From Rubripirellula sp. (GTDB lineage Bacteria; Planctomycetota; Planctomycetia; Pirellulales; Pirellulaceae), in assembly GCA_965216875.1 (NCBI GenBank), contig OZ244207.1, positions 5,088,001-5,152,000 on the forward strand: DNA of 64,000 nt, read 5' to 3'. The position numbers were made by a program, and so were the translations under genes. Below, piece by piece: positions 9,778 to 20,538 of the stretch (its first letter is position 1; the number at the start of each line of letters is the position of its first letter). The notes under the pieces were generated by a model, which saw nothing but the letters and a program-made list of their open reading frames with translations, searched no databases and was not told where the DNA came from.

Positions 9778-9911
9778 GCAGGGCGAATTAAGGAGCGTCA
9801 GCGACGCGGATCCGGCAGGATCCATGGCGGTGAGCCGCTGGCCGTCAGGCCTCGGGCCCTGCGCTGGTCCAAATCGCTCAAGGCCCGGCCGCTAACGCGA
9901 TCACGGCTCAC
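9778..9911. repeat. Composite REP cluster (same families as 5766-5862)
   Basis: AAGGAGCGTCAGCGACGCGGATCCGGCA plus GTGAGCCG...CGGCTCAC doublet. Confidence 0.75.
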
Positions 9912-9933
9912 ACAGAATCGCAGCCTCTGCCGG

Positions 9934-10866
9934 CTACGTCGAAGGGGCCGAATTCCGTGACCAATAAACTGCCAACATCGTTCCCGTCAGCATGCAACCG
10001 AAGGTGTAGGCCGCGGTCGGAATGGTTGCGACCGTGTCGGGTCCGTGAAGCGAAACCGCCAATGCCGTTCCTAGCCCGGCGTTCTGCATCCCAACTTCAA
10101 GTGTCAACGCACGCTGGTAACGCTCCGGCAATCCGGCACCGCGCGCCACGAGGTTGCCAGCCAAGTACCCGATGAGGTTGATCATCAACAACGCCAACAA
10201 CATCACCAAAGCGACTTCGAACAATCGGTCGCGATTGCCAGCGACAACGCCAGCGATGATCCAAAGCAGCGCGACCGAGGCGATCGCCGGCGACAGTTTG
10301 TCGGAAAGGGACCGCAGTCGCTGTGTCCGCTTGGCGAGAAAATAGCCCGCGATGGTTGGCACAACCACACAAAGAAAAAGCCGCAGTGAAATCCACCACA
10401 GCGGTTTGTCAGCGGTTTGCGACGTCACCACCCACAGAACGCTCGGAACGGTGATGGGCGAAAGGATGGTCGCCACCGCAGTCAGACTCACCGAATAGGC
10501 AACGCTGCCGCCAGCCGTATGCGTCAACACGTTCGAAGCCATCGCGCCCGGCACGCAACCGACCAAGATCACTCCCGAGGCGAGTTCGGGCGACATCGGA
10601 ACGACTTGAACAACGATCCAAGCTGCCGCAGGCATCGCCAAGACTTGTGCGAAAACACCCAACACAACCCACCAAGGATGGCGTCGAAGCGGTTGCAACT
10701 CTTCCGAACGGACAAGTGTGCCAAGCGAAAACATGGTCACCACAATCAACGACCAGAGCAGAGCAGGGGAGGTGCGAAAGGGATCCACCCCAAACCGCTC
10801 GGTCGGCCAAAGCAGTGCCGCTCCCGAGGAAACGATCAACAGCAACAAGAGCCAATACGATTTCAT
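9934..10866 (-). CDS. Bile acid:sodium symporter (BASS) family transporter
   Basis: GCVPGAMASNV, YSVSLT, EVGMQNAGLG; multiple TM segments. Confidence 0.92.
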   Translation of the reverse strand: MKSYWLLLLLIVSSGAALLWPTERFGVDPFRTSPALLWSLIVVTMFSLGTLVRSEELQPLRRHPWWVVLGVFAQVLAMPAAAWIVVQVVPMSPELASGVILVGCVPGAMASNVLTHTAGGSVAYSVSLTAVATILSPITVPSVLWVVTSQTADKPLWWISLRLFLCVVVPTIAGYFLAKRTQRLRSLSDKLSPAIASVALLWIIAGVVAGNRDRLFEVALVMLLALLMINLIGYLAGNLVARGAGLPERYQRALTLEVGMQNAGLGTALAVSLHGPDTVATIPTAAYTFGCMLTGTMLAVYWSRNSAPST

Positions 10867-10881
10867 CTCTTGTTGAACCCG

Positions 10882-11544
10882 CTAAACCGCCACGGGAAAA
10901 CCGAATTGATCGAGCGCTCGATCGGCTTGTTCGCCACCGAAGCATTCCACCGCATGCCATCCACGCTGCTTGGCTGCTGCCACGTTTTCGGGTTTGTCAT
11001 CCAGAAACAAAATGGCCGGGGCTTGTTTTCCGGTCACGCGGGCTGCCTCCGCTTCGGCGAATGCATAGATGCCGCCGTCAGGCTTCATCGACTTGACCTC
11101 GCAGCTTAGCACGACCGACTGAAAGTCTCCCTGCATCACACCGTACGATTGTCGCTGAATCCAATCCCAATGCGCAAAGCATGTGTTCGACAAAACTCCC
11201 ACCGCTCGCCCCGAGCGACGAACGCGGTCAATCGTGTCGGCCATCGATTCGATCGGTGTGAACATGGCACTGATCGCATCAAGAATCTGCGCGTCGGCAA
11301 TTTGCGACGCGTCGATACCAAACCGCTCACGTACTGCCCGTGCGTATTCGTCGCCGGTGACATGCCCGGTTTCAAAACGATCCTGCAATCCACTTTCGTA
11401 GATCGCCGCTTTCGCCCCTTCGACCGTGATGTCGCAACAAGCTGCCAGATTCCGACACGCGATCTCGGGATCAAACGCAACCAACAAGTTGCCCAGATCA
11501 AAGTAGACAAAATCGATCGCGATCTCCTGGTCCTCCACCGACAT
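10882..11544 (-). CDS. HAD-family phosphatase (YihX-like)
   Basis: FDLGNLL motif I, LSNT, MKPD..IY, FLDDKPENV; start placed at ATG 11544 behind AGGAGA because the longer ORF runs through a REP. Confidence 0.88.
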   Translation of the reverse strand: MSVEDQEIAIDFVYFDLGNLLVAFDPEIACRNLAACCDITVEGAKAAIYESGLQDRFETGHVTGDEYARAVRERFGIDASQIADAQILDAISAMFTPIESMADTIDRVRRSGRAVGVLSNTCFAHWDWIQRQSYGVMQGDFQSVVLSCEVKSMKPDGGIYAFAEAEAARVTGKQAPAILFLDDKPENVAAAKQRGWHAVECFGGEQADRALDQFGFPVAV

Positions 11545-11606
11545 CTCTCCTTGAGGTTTCTCGTTTGTTATCTCGTCGAGCGGCTTCTGCCGAGTTAACC
11601 GCTTTC

Positions 11607-11683
11607 CGTAGCTACCTTCGCCAGACGGTGGGACGCGCACAGTGACCGCCACCGTCACACCACGCTCTGGCGAGCGTAGCTAC
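11607..11683. repeat. GTAG-type REP doublet, family A (CGTAGCTACCTTCGCCAGA..GTGG ... CCACGCTCTGGCGAGCGTAGCTAC)
   Basis: Four copies in the window: 11607, 31444, 40243, 51274. Confidence 0.85.
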
Positions 11684-11707
11684 AACGTCTCGGCACGACG
11701 AACTGAT

Positions 11708-12346
11708 TCAAAGTTTGCGAATTCGAAGATTGCGATACCAAGCTTCCGCTGGTTTGCCGCTATGAATCTGCAAGCCGATGATGCCGGTGGCCGGAATAGA
11801 TTCGTCCTCTTCGACATATTCGACCGTCCGCTCGCCGTTGACGTAGACCTCAAGCCGATTCCCCTTGCAGATCAATCGCATTTGATTCCAGCCGTCTTGC
11901 TTGACGAGTTTGAGGGCATGTTCTTTATTCGGTTCCACCAGCATCTTGCGGCGGCGCGATTCGTCGTAAATCGCTCCCCAGACCGGCCGATCCCACGCCA
12001 TCCCGATATCCATCTGATAGCCCGACACTTCGCTGCTGTCGGGAATGCGTTTGGAACGGAATTGGACGCCCGCGTTCTTTCCTTCGCCAACGAGCTTGGC
12101 TTCGAGCCTCAATTCAAAGTCACCGAACTGCTCTTTGGTGCACAGAAACTCGTTGTGGGGAATCTTTTTTTCGAGCGAACCAGCGACGATCGCACCATCC
12201 TGGACCCGGAACCAGTCGTCGTTCCCCTCCCACCCCTCAAGCGATTTGCCGTCGAACAGGCTCACCGCGTGTTTGTCAAAATCGTCTGAATAGGCAGTTG
12301 CGGCAACGGCGACCACCATCAAGCTGGCAAGAATTGGTCGAAACAT
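11708..12346 (-). CDS. DUF1080 (3-keto-disaccharide hydrolase-like) secreted protein
   Basis: Signal peptide, SLFDGKSLEGW, DFELRLE, NAGVQFRS, GYQMD, WN, G.IGLQIH, YRNLRIRKL. Confidence 0.88.
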   Translation of the reverse strand: MFRPILASLMVVAVAATAYSDDFDKHAVSLFDGKSLEGWEGNDDWFRVQDGAIVAGSLEKKIPHNEFLCTKEQFGDFELRLEAKLVGEGKNAGVQFRSKRIPDSSEVSGYQMDIGMAWDRPVWGAIYDESRRRKMLVEPNKEHALKLVKQDGWNQMRLICKGNRLEVYVNGERTVEYVEEDESIPATGIIGLQIHSGKPAEAWYRNLRIRKL

Positions 12347-12565
12347 CTCGATCCTTTTTTTCGAAAAACCGTGTTCAGTCACGAACATCATGCGGCCGAA
12401 ATACCTCCGGTGCTGGTGGTTGCCCCAAGCGTTTTTTGACAACGCGACGTGTGTCAAAGGTGCCTGGGATATTCCAAACCGCGCCGCACGATCATAATCA
12501 TTCCCGATTCCTCTCGCCCCCTCCTGGGTTCGAATCGAATAGCCCCCCGCCGAAATGAATTGTCG

Positions 12566-14245
12566 ATGAACCAGCCACTGAACAAATACAGCAGCAAAAT
12601 CACCCAACCGAAAAGCCAAGGTGCCTCGCAGGCCATGCTTTATGCCACCGGGATGACCCCCGAGGACATGGACAAGGCCCAGGTCGGAATCGCCAGCGTC
12701 TGGTACGAGGGAAATAGCTGCAACATGCACCTGTTGGACTTGGCCGGCGAAGTCAAAAAGGGCGTCACCGAGTCAGGCTTGGTCGGAATGCGGTTCAACA
12801 CCATCGGCGTCAGCGACGGCATCTCGATGGGCACCGACGGGATGAGCTACTCGTTGCAGAGTCGTGACCTGATCGCCGATTCGATCGAAACGATCATGGG
12901 TGCCCAATGGTACGACGGACTGATCACGTTGCCCGGCTGTGACAAAAACATGCCCGGCTGTTTGATTGCGATGGGCCGTCTGAACCGTCCTGCCTTGATG
13001 GTCTACGGCGGCACGATCAAACCGGGCAGCTACCGCGACGAAAAACTTGATATCGTCAGCGCGTTCCAATGCTACGGCCAATTCATCGCGGGTCAGATCA
13101 GCGAAGAGGAACGCCAAGAAATCGTTCGGCGCAGTTGCCCCGGCGCTGGAGCCTGTGGCGGGATGTACACCGCCAATACGATGGCGACCGCGATTGAAGC
13201 CCTGGGCATGGCGCTGCCTTATTCGGCGAGTATTCCCGCCGAAGACCCTGACAAAGTGAATGAATGCCATCGGGCCGGCGCCGCGATCCTTGAACTATTG
13301 AAAGCCGACATCAAACCTCGCGACATCATGACGCGAACCGCATTCGAGAATGCAATGGTGACCGTGATGGCACTTGGTGGCAGCACCAACGCCGTGCTGC
13401 ACTTGATTGCGATGGCCCGCGCCGTCGATGTCGACCTCGGCATCGAAGACTTCCAATCGGTCAGCGACCGTATCCCGTATTTGGCCGACCTCAAGCCAAG
13501 CGGAAAGTTTGTCCAAGAAGACTTGCACTCGATCGGCGGAACGCCTGCCGTGATGAAGTACTTGCTCGAAAACGGACTGATGGACGGTTCCTGTTTGACG
13601 GTGACCGGCAAAACGCTCGCCGAAAACTTGGAAGCGGTCCCAGGATTGAAAGAAGGACAATCGATCGTTCAACCGATCGACAAACCAATCAAATCATCGG
13701 GTCACATTCGCATCCTCAAAGGATCGCTTGCCCCCGAAGGTGCCGTTGCAAAGATCACCGGCAAAGAAGGTCTTCAATTCACCGGCCCCGCGCGTTGTTT
13801 CGATAGCGAAGAAGACATGCTCGCGGCTCTCGAGCAAAAGAAGATTCAAAAGGGCGACGTCGTGGTCATCCGCTACGAAGGCCCCAAAGGCGGCCCAGGC
13901 ATGCCTGAAATGTTGACCCCCACCAGCGCGATCATGGGCGCAGGCCTTGGCTCGGATGTGGCGATGTTGACCGATGGCCGATTCTCGGGTGGCAGTCATG
14001 GATTCATCGTCGGCCACATCACACCCGAAGCCCAAGTCGGCGGACCGCTCGGGTTGCTGCAAGATGGCGACATGGTCACGATCGACGCCGAAACCAACCG
14101 GCTTGATGTCGACGTCAGCGAAGCGGACTTGAATGCTCGTCAAGCGAACTGGACCGCACCGCCTCTGAAGGCGACCAAAGGCACGCTTTACAAGTACATC
14201 AAGAACGTCAAGAGCGCAAGCGAAGGCTGCGTGACCGACGAGTGA
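12566..14245 (+). CDS. ilvD: Dihydroxy-acid dehydratase
   Basis: [60 protein letters not shown] at 12566. Confidence 0.96.
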   Translation: MNQPLNKYSSKITQPKSQGASQAMLYATGMTPEDMDKAQVGIASVWYEGNSCNMHLLDLAGEVKKGVTESGLVGMRFNTIGVSDGISMGTDGMSYSLQSRDLIADSIETIMGAQWYDGLITLPGCDKNMPGCLIAMGRLNRPALMVYGGTIKPGSYRDEKLDIVSAFQCYGQFIAGQISEEERQEIVRRSCPGAGACGGMYTANTMATAIEALGMALPYSASIPAEDPDKVNECHRAGAAILELLKADIKPRDIMTRTAFENAMVTVMALGGSTNAVLHLIAMARAVDVDLGIEDFQSVSDRIPYLADLKPSGKFVQEDLHSIGGTPAVMKYLLENGLMDGSCLTVTGKTLAENLEAVPGLKEGQSIVQPIDKPIKSSGHIRILKGSLAPEGAVAKITGKEGLQFTGPARCFDSEEDMLAALEQKKIQKGDVVVIRYEGPKGGPGMPEMLTPTSAIMGAGLGSDVAMLTDGRFSGGSHGFIVGHITPEAQVGGPLGLLQDGDMVTIDAETNRLDVDVSEADLNARQANWTAPPLKATKGTLYKYIKNVKSASEGCVTDE

Positions 14246-14258
14246 TTCGGCATTGCCC

Positions 14259-14284
14259 GTGAGCCGCTGGCCGTAAGGCCTCGG
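14259..14284. repeat. Single REP-like arm, family B
   Basis: GTGAGCCGCTGGCCGTAAGGCCTCGG matches the arm at 9830-9855. Confidence 0.6.
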
Positions 14285-14364
14285 TCCTTTACCGGCAACT
14301 AGGTTTAGGCCCAATCGCTTACCGGTTGGTGCTTTGCCTCGAATCGTAAAGCGGACGTAGCCTG

Positions 14365-15822
14365 TTACGCCAGAAGATCTTTGACCACGTGGCCGTGCAC
14401 ATCGGTAAGTCGATAGTCGCGGCCTTGGAATCGGTAGGTCAACCGTTCGTGGTCGAAGCCCAACAGGTGCATGATCGTGGCTTGCAAGTCATGAACGTGA
14501 ACCGGTTTTTCCGCAACGTTGAAACCGAGTTCATCGGAGCTGCCATATTCGAATCCGCCTTTGACGCCGCCACCGGCCATCCACATCGTGAACGCGTCGG
14601 GGTAGTGGTCGCGGCCCAGCACTTTGCTTTTTGCAGTGCGGCCTTCGCGGAAAGGCGTGCGTCCGAATTCGCCGCCCCAAACGATCAAGGTGTCTTCAAA
14701 CAAACCGCGGTCTTTCAAGTCTTGAATCAAAGCGGCAATCGGCTTGTCCATCGACGCACACTTTTGCGTCAGCCCGTCGGTGATGCCAGTGTTCGGGTTG
14801 GTCCCATGGAAGTCCCAGCCCCAATCGAACAACTGAACAAAGCGAACGCCTGATTCGACCAAACGTCGCGCGAGCAAACAGTTGTTGGCGAGGCTCGATC
14901 CGCCCGGCGTCGCACCATACGCTTCGATCGTCTTTTGTGACTCTTGTGAAATGTCCATCACTTCAGGAACAGCGGTCTGCATGCGGAACGCAAGCTCGTA
15001 CTGACTGATGCGGGTCAGCGTTTCTGGGTGTCCCATCTCATCGGCTTGGATCTCGTTAAGATCCTTCAGCGCATCCAGGCTCATCCGGCGCAAGTCGCGG
15101 TTCATGCCGGGCGGGTCGGACGAATAAAGGACGGGGTCTCCCTTCGATCGACACTGAACACCCTGGTAGACCGACGGCAGGAATCCACTTCCGAAGGAGT
15201 TCTTTCCGCCGTTGGGTTGAACGCCACTTGAAATCAGCACAACAAAGCCCGGCAGATTCTCATTTTCGCTGCCAAGCCCATACGTCACCCAAGATCCCAT
15301 CGAGGGGCGTCCCGATCGAGGCGAACCGGTGTAAACCAACAACTCGGCCGGTGCGTGATTGAATTGATCGGTGTGCATCGAATGCACCAAACACATGTCA
15401 TCGGCGATCTTGTGAAAGTTCGGAACCGCATCCGACATCCACATTCCGCTTTCGCCATGTTGTGACCATTTACGGGGCGAGCCCATCAACTTGGGCGTTC
15501 CGCTGGTGAAGGCAAACTCACGCCCCGCGATGAATTCGTCGGGACATTCTTGATCGCTTCGCTTCACCAATTCCGGTTTGTAATCGAACATGTCCAGGTT
15601 CGGCGGCGAACCGGTCATGTGCAAGTAGATCACACGTTTCGCTTTCGGCGCAAAGTGCGGTGGTTGTGGCGCAAGGGGATTCGCCATCGTTCTGTCCGAT
15701 TCGCCCGCGCGGGTTGAATCGGCAAGCAAACTACCCAAGGCAACGCCACCGATACCGGCAGTCGTTTGCTTGAGGAAGTGACGGCGAGTGTTCCAGCGGA
15801 GCTGTTCAAGTTTCAAGTTCAT
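14365..15822 (-). CDS. DUF1501 protein (Tat-exported, sulfatase-like fold)
   Basis: TRRHFL Tat motif, APKAKRVIYL, RPSMGSW, CLLARRLVE.GVRFV, WDFH, GEFGRTP, GRDH, RLTDV.G. Confidence 0.92.
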   Translation of the reverse strand: MNLKLEQLRWNTRRHFLKQTTAGIGGVALGSLLADSTRAGESDRTMANPLAPQPPHFAPKAKRVIYLHMTGSPPNLDMFDYKPELVKRSDQECPDEFIAGREFAFTSGTPKLMGSPRKWSQHGESGMWMSDAVPNFHKIADDMCLVHSMHTDQFNHAPAELLVYTGSPRSGRPSMGSWVTYGLGSENENLPGFVVLISSGVQPNGGKNSFGSGFLPSVYQGVQCRSKGDPVLYSSDPPGMNRDLRRMSLDALKDLNEIQADEMGHPETLTRISQYELAFRMQTAVPEVMDISQESQKTIEAYGATPGGSSLANNCLLARRLVESGVRFVQLFDWGWDFHGTNPNTGITDGLTQKCASMDKPIAALIQDLKDRGLFEDTLIVWGGEFGRTPFREGRTAKSKVLGRDHYPDAFTMWMAGGGVKGGFEYGSSDELGFNVAEKPVHVHDLQATIMHLLGFDHERLTYRFQGRDYRLTDVHGHVVKDLLA

Positions 15823-15827
15823 CGCAC

Positions 15828-18800
15828 TCACCGTTTCATAAAGACTTCGTCGAGATTCAAGATCACGTTTCCAACGACCGTCCACGCGGCCGCTTCGGAA
15901 ACATCCGTTCCATCGGGAAGATCGCCAATCGGATCGGTCGCCATTTTCATGGCGGCTTCACGATCGGCTTGGAAGTGTTTGGTTACGTTCTGGACCAACC
16001 GAGCCAATCGTTGCTTTTCTTTGTCGTTGGGGTCTCGCACCAAACAGACGCGGTAGCCAGCTGTGATTCGCGCTTCGGCCGAATCTCCGCTTGCCATCAT
16101 GTGGCGGGCGAGCGACTGGGCCGCTTCGACATAGACGGGGTCATTCATCGTCACCAACGCCTGCAGCGGAGTGTTGGTGCGAATGCGACGCACCGTGCAA
16201 ACTTCGCGATTGGGCGCATCGAATTGAGCCATCGATGGATAGGGGCTCGAACGCCGCCAATTGGTGTAAATCCCGCGTCGGTAACGATCTTCGCCAGAAC
16301 TGGTTTTCCAGTCGGTCGCCGACCCGAAAGCCGCCTTCAAGCCGAGTTCAGGTTGGGGTGGTTTGACGGGCGGACCGTACATCTTGTCGCTTAGCAAACC
16401 CGATACGAACAACGCCTGATCGCGAACCATCTCGGCCGAAATACGGAACCGTGGACCACGAGCAAAGAAACGATTGAACGGGTCGTCTGCCAACATTTCG
16501 TGGCTTGCAACGCTGCTTTGTCGGTAGGTCGCCGACATCACCATTTGCTTCAACATCGCCTTCAGGTTCCAACCGTTTTCCTGAAGATCAACGGCCAGGT
16601 AATCGAGCAGCATTGGGTGCGAGGGCAACTCGCCCTGCGAACCGAATTCTTCACTCGTTTCGACGATCCCGACACCGAACATCTGTTCCCAATGCCGGTT
16701 CGCGATCACACGAGCCGTCAGCGGGTTTTCTTCATCAACGAGCCATTTTGCCAGGGCCATGCGGTCGGGTCGTTCATTCTTCGGTAACGAGTGAAACGCA
16801 GCGGGAGTCCCTTCATCCACTTCGTCGCCGGTGCTCAAGTAGTTGCCACGAAGCTGAACTTTCGTCACGCGATGTTGATCCGCTGGAAGGTCTCGCATCA
16901 CCGGCACGGTGGTCGATGGCTTCATTTGCTGAAGCTTCTTCTGGTAGCCTTCAAGTTCGCTGCGAGTCGCGTCGAGTTCGGGTGCGATCGATCGGTAGTA
17001 CGCGGCAAGCTTGTTGCGTTGCATCTCGTTGAGTTGATTCTTGTCCGTGCGAGCAATCTTTCGGATCGCCGCTGGCATCCGAACCCATTGAGCCGCATCT
17101 TCGTCAGCAGTCGCGGACAAGCGAAAGCGATCGAGCAAGTGTTCGCCATGCACCGAGTTCTGCTCGAGGCGAATGGTCAGCGTGCCCTCGTCAAAGTCTT
17201 GCACGTTTTGCATCAGCAACGTGAGCTCATGTGGCTTGCCGACTTGTCCGGCGACAGCCCAACCCTTTTTCAGGTCGGGTTTCGTTGCCACCACGGATTG
17301 AGCTGGAAAGCCAGATTGTTCGTAATCGGCAAAGGCAGCTTCAAAGTGCAAAGTGCGAATACCATTGAGAGCGAACGCTTCGCTCGGCTCGGGAACGTCT
17401 TCGGGCTCTTGCTCCCAAACGACTTCGCGATTGGCATCAAGCAACTGAACGCGGTAGCCCAACAACCGTGCTGGAATCGCAGCCGAACTGTCGGTTCGAT
17501 TCCAAATGACAACCTTGTCGATGGCCTTGCTTGAACCGAAGTCGATCTCGATCCACGGGTCATTCTCTTTCTTGGTGTGCGATGTCTTGTTGGCGTTGAA
17601 ATCGCCATCGGTGATTCCGTCGTTGACGAATTCCGCTTTACCACCGTAGTCTTCAGAGATCTGTTTGGCCGTTCCCTCGAGTGCGACGTTCTTGCCGTCA
17701 CTGAAGGCCTCGATCTCGGCGAGGTGAAGGAACTTCCCTGAACCGGGCAGTTCCACACGCACAAACTTTGCGTCGATACTCGTTCGACTCTTCGGCTTCC
17801 AGGATGCCGAAGCATGAGTCACGACGAAGTTGCTCGCCTGCTCCGCTCCAACATCAAGCTTCACACCAAGGAGTTTGCTTTTGGTTGTTGGAATCTCGAT
17901 TGTGTAGACATCGGTCTTGGCCTTTTCACCTTCGGCGTGAATCCAACCGTCATCTCCGATGACAAGCTTACGTCCTTTTGCGTTGGCGACCGAAGGCTTG
18001 AGCGAATTCCAGGTTGGCTCGCGTTGCAATTTCTTTGTCCAACTCGCCTGAGCCGCTTCGAGCTCGGGAGTTGAAGTGTTCAGGATCTTTTTGTGAGCAG
18101 CGATGAGCTCGGCGAGTTCAGCCTTTTCGGCATTTTGATCGTCCGTCCAAAGCGAAATGAATGGGCGTTCGTCTTTTTTGTCGGTGTCTTCTGTACTGTT
18201 AAAGAAGGCAAAGAACTTGAAGTACTCTTCCTGAGTGATCGGGTCGTACTTGTGCGTGTGACACTGGGCACACGCCATGGTCGTGCCCATCCAAACGGCC
18301 ATGGTCGTATTGACCCGATCGACAACCGCCACATTGCGAAACTCTTCGTCGTTCGTGCCACCTTCGTTGTTGGTCAACGTGTTGCGATGGAACGCGGTCG
18401 CGATCAGCTGTTCTTCGGTCGGGTTGTCGTACAAGTCACCCGCGATCTGTTCAATCGTGAATTGATCAAACGGCTTGTTGCTGTTGAGCGAACGAATCAC
18501 ATAGTCGCGGAATGACCAAATCGTGCGAGGCGGGTCGTCGGCGTACCCGGCGCTGTCGGCGTAGCGAGCGAGGTCCAACCAAACGCGTGCCCAGCGTTCA
18601 CCAAACGCGTTCTTGCCAAGCATCTTGTCAACGTAGCGTTCATAGGCGTCTTCGCGTTCGTCGTTGACAAAGGCCATCGCTTCAGCCCAGGTCGGCGGCA
18701 AACCGGTCAGGTCGAGTGCAACGCGTCGGGCAAGCACCAAACGATCGGCTTCAGGGGACGGCGTTAGCCCGCGTGCCTCGAGACGCGCCAAGACGAAATG

Positions 18801-19256
18801 GTCGATGGCGTTTTTTGGCCACGCGGTTTGTTTGACCTTGGGCAACGGTGGACGAATCGGCTTTTCATACGACCAGTGCTTTGCATAGTTGCCGCCCTGC
18901 TTGATCCACCGTCGAATCAGATCGATCTCTTCCTCGTTGAACCGCCGCCCCTTTCCGGCTGGCGGCATGCGAAGGTCTTCGTCATCGGACGTCAAACGAA
19001 GCATCAACTCGCTGTCGTCTGGGTCACCTGGATTGATCGCGGCATAACCACCAAGGTCTTCGCGCGAGCCTTCTTGAGTATCAAGACGCAGACCGGCTGC
19101 TCGCTCGGCTTCATCCGGGCCGTGGCAGGCAACACAACTGCTTGAAATCAGTGGGCGAATGTCACGGTTAAAGTCGATCGTCGGTTCATCCGCATGGATA
19201 GCGGTAACCAACAACGCGACAACGGCAAACGCTATCGGAACTTGGAATCGCAGCAT
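15828..19256 (-). CDS. PSD1 / planctomycete cytochrome c protein (DUF1549 + DUF1553) with inserted discoidin/F-type lectin domain
   Basis: FNRDIRP..CVACHGPD, WLDLARYADS.G, CAQCH.HKYDP, NPLTARV..NR.W, PSHP.LLD.LA, NTPLQAL. Confidence 0.92.
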   Translation of the reverse strand: MLRFQVPIAFAVVALLVTAIHADEPTIDFNRDIRPLISSSCVACHGPDEAERAAGLRLDTQEGSREDLGGYAAINPGDPDDSELMLRLTSDDEDLRMPPAGKGRRFNEEEIDLIRRWIKQGGNYAKHWSYEKPIRPPLPKVKQTAWPKNAIDHFVLARLEARGLTPSPEADRLVLARRVALDLTGLPPTWAEAMAFVNDEREDAYERYVDKMLGKNAFGERWARVWLDLARYADSAGYADDPPRTIWSFRDYVIRSLNSNKPFDQFTIEQIAGDLYDNPTEEQLIATAFHRNTLTNNEGGTNDEEFRNVAVVDRVNTTMAVWMGTTMACAQCHTHKYDPITQEEYFKFFAFFNSTEDTDKKDERPFISLWTDDQNAEKAELAELIAAHKKILNTSTPELEAAQASWTKKLQREPTWNSLKPSVANAKGRKLVIGDDGWIHAEGEKAKTDVYTIEIPTTKSKLLGVKLDVGAEQASNFVVTHASASWKPKSRTSIDAKFVRVELPGSGKFLHLAEIEAFSDGKNVALEGTAKQISEDYGGKAEFVNDGITDGDFNANKTSHTKKENDPWIEIDFGSSKAIDKVVIWNRTDSSAAIPARLLGYRVQLLDANREVVWEQEPEDVPEPSEAFALNGIRTLHFEAAFADYEQSGFPAQSVVATKPDLKKGWAVAGQVGKPHELTLLMQNVQDFDEGTLTIRLEQNSVHGEHLLDRFRLSATADEDAAQWVRMPAAIRKIARTDKNQLNEMQRNKLAAYYRSIAPELDATRSELEGYQKKLQQMKPSTTVPVMRDLPADQHRVTKVQLRGNYLSTGDEVDEGTPAAFHSLPKNERPDRMALAKWLVDEENPLTARVIANRHWEQMFGVGIVETSEEFGSQGELPSHPMLLDYLAVDLQENGWNLKAMLKQMVMSATYRQSSVASHEMLADDPFNRFFARGPRFRISAEMVRDQALFVSGLLSDKMYGPPVKPPQPELGLKAAFGSATDWKTSSGEDRYRRGIYTNWRRSSPYPSMAQFDAPNREVCTVRRIRTNTPLQALVTMNDPVYVEAAQSLARHMMASGDSAEARITAGYRVCLVRDPNDKEKQRLARLVQNVTKHFQADREAAMKMATDPIGDLPDGTDVSEAAAWTVVGNVILNLDEVFMKR

Positions 19257-19483
19257 TGAGAGCTAGGAACGTCTGGGGGAGGGCAGGGGAGGGGGAGACG
19301 TGGAGTGTTGAGCCATTTTGGCCCAAAAAACCCAGCTTCACTCAGTGTAGCAGAAGGCCCACGTATCCCAAGACTCATCTATGAACCTGCCAATGAACCG
19401 AAAATCTGCCTCAGAAATGACAAATAATTTGCAAAAACGCGTCGGCGCCCCGCACGTCCGGCAATCATCGGCCGAAAGTGGGC

Positions 19484-20398
19484 CTAGCCTCGTTTTTCCG
19501 GAATCGGCTCCAAAACCCACCGCTTGTTGAACCAAAAGTATTGGCTTGGGTTCTCACGGATCACCTCCTCGAGCGGCACCAACGCTTCCCGCATGATTCG
19601 CTCGGCATCTTCGTTGCGGTCGAGGCCGGGATCTGGGTGAATCACCGAGGCGATCCGCCAGAGATGTTTGCCATCGGCAGTACGCGTGACCTGACCAGGA
19701 ACGACAGGGCATTTGGCCAGATGAGCCATCAATCCCAAACCGCGGCCAAGATCGGCTGGATGCCCCAGAAACGGCAGTTTCAGGTCGGGTTGTCGGGCCC
19801 GCAGGTCGACCAGGATGGCGATAACATTTCCAGCGCGAAGCGAGCGAATCACCTTCCGAACGAGCATTGGGTCATCCCGTTCAATCGCCTCGCTACCGAG
19901 GTGCTCGCGCATCTTGTTGAGATGCTTGTCAAAGAGTGGGTTTTTCTGCTCGCGAAAAATGAAGTTGACGGGATAGCCGAGTTGCTGGAGCCCGATTCCT
20001 GCGAGATCCCAATTGCCAACATGGGCGACGGCAATGATCACACCTCGGTTCATCGCGAGAGCTTCGTCGAGCCGCCCTTTGTCCTCGGCGGAAAACACAC
20101 AGTTCTTCTCGACCCACGGCCGGGTTAGCTTTGGTGTGCGCAACACCTCGATGGTGTGCCAAACCAATTCTCGAAACGCCTCGCGAGCAATTCGCGAGAC
20201 TTCGCTGTCGGACAATTCGTCGCCCATCACCTGGCGAATCCGACGTTCCCCTTCTTTCCGCGTTGACTTCAAGAACGGAAAGACGGTCGCGGCAAACAAG
20301 CTGCCAAGCCCAAGAGCGATTCGCCCCGGCAACACGTTGACGGTGGCCGACACACATCGAATCAGCAGATACTCGGCGATGTGTTTTGGCCGGTGCAT
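19484..20398 (-). CDS. Lipid A late acyltransferase (HtrB/LpxL family)
   Basis: AHVGNWD, KNPLFD, ILVD, PFLG, IRENPSQYFWFNKRW. Confidence 0.85.
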   Translation of the reverse strand: MHRPKHIAEYLLIRCVSATVNVLPGRIALGLGSLFAATVFPFLKSTRKEGERRIRQVMGDELSDSEVSRIAREAFRELVWHTIEVLRTPKLTRPWVEKNCVFSAEDKGRLDEALAMNRGVIIAVAHVGNWDLAGIGLQQLGYPVNFIFREQKNPLFDKHLNKMREHLGSEAIERDDPMLVRKVIRSLRAGNVIAILVDLRARQPDLKLPFLGHPADLGRGLGLMAHLAKCPVVPGQVTRTADGKHLWRIASVIHPDPGLDRNEDAERIMREALVPLEEVIRENPSQYFWFNKRWVLEPIPEKRG

Positions 20399-20538
20399 AG
20401 AAGGCGAAACAGCGTGGTGGTCAGTTCAGCGGGACGGTCAATGAGACGGGGCGTGGGGACGATGTATAGGCCATGCGTGGCCGCTGCGAAAGACGAGCTG
20501 GACCGCCATCGCTCGTCGGGCAAGACAAATCCGCGAGG

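Noticed and set aside
11545..11658. N-terminal extensions of the HAD ORF (and of the ABC ATPase, 23360-23479)
   Set aside because: They translate REP sequence (PPSGEGSY recurs in several spurious ORFs); better downstream ATGs exist
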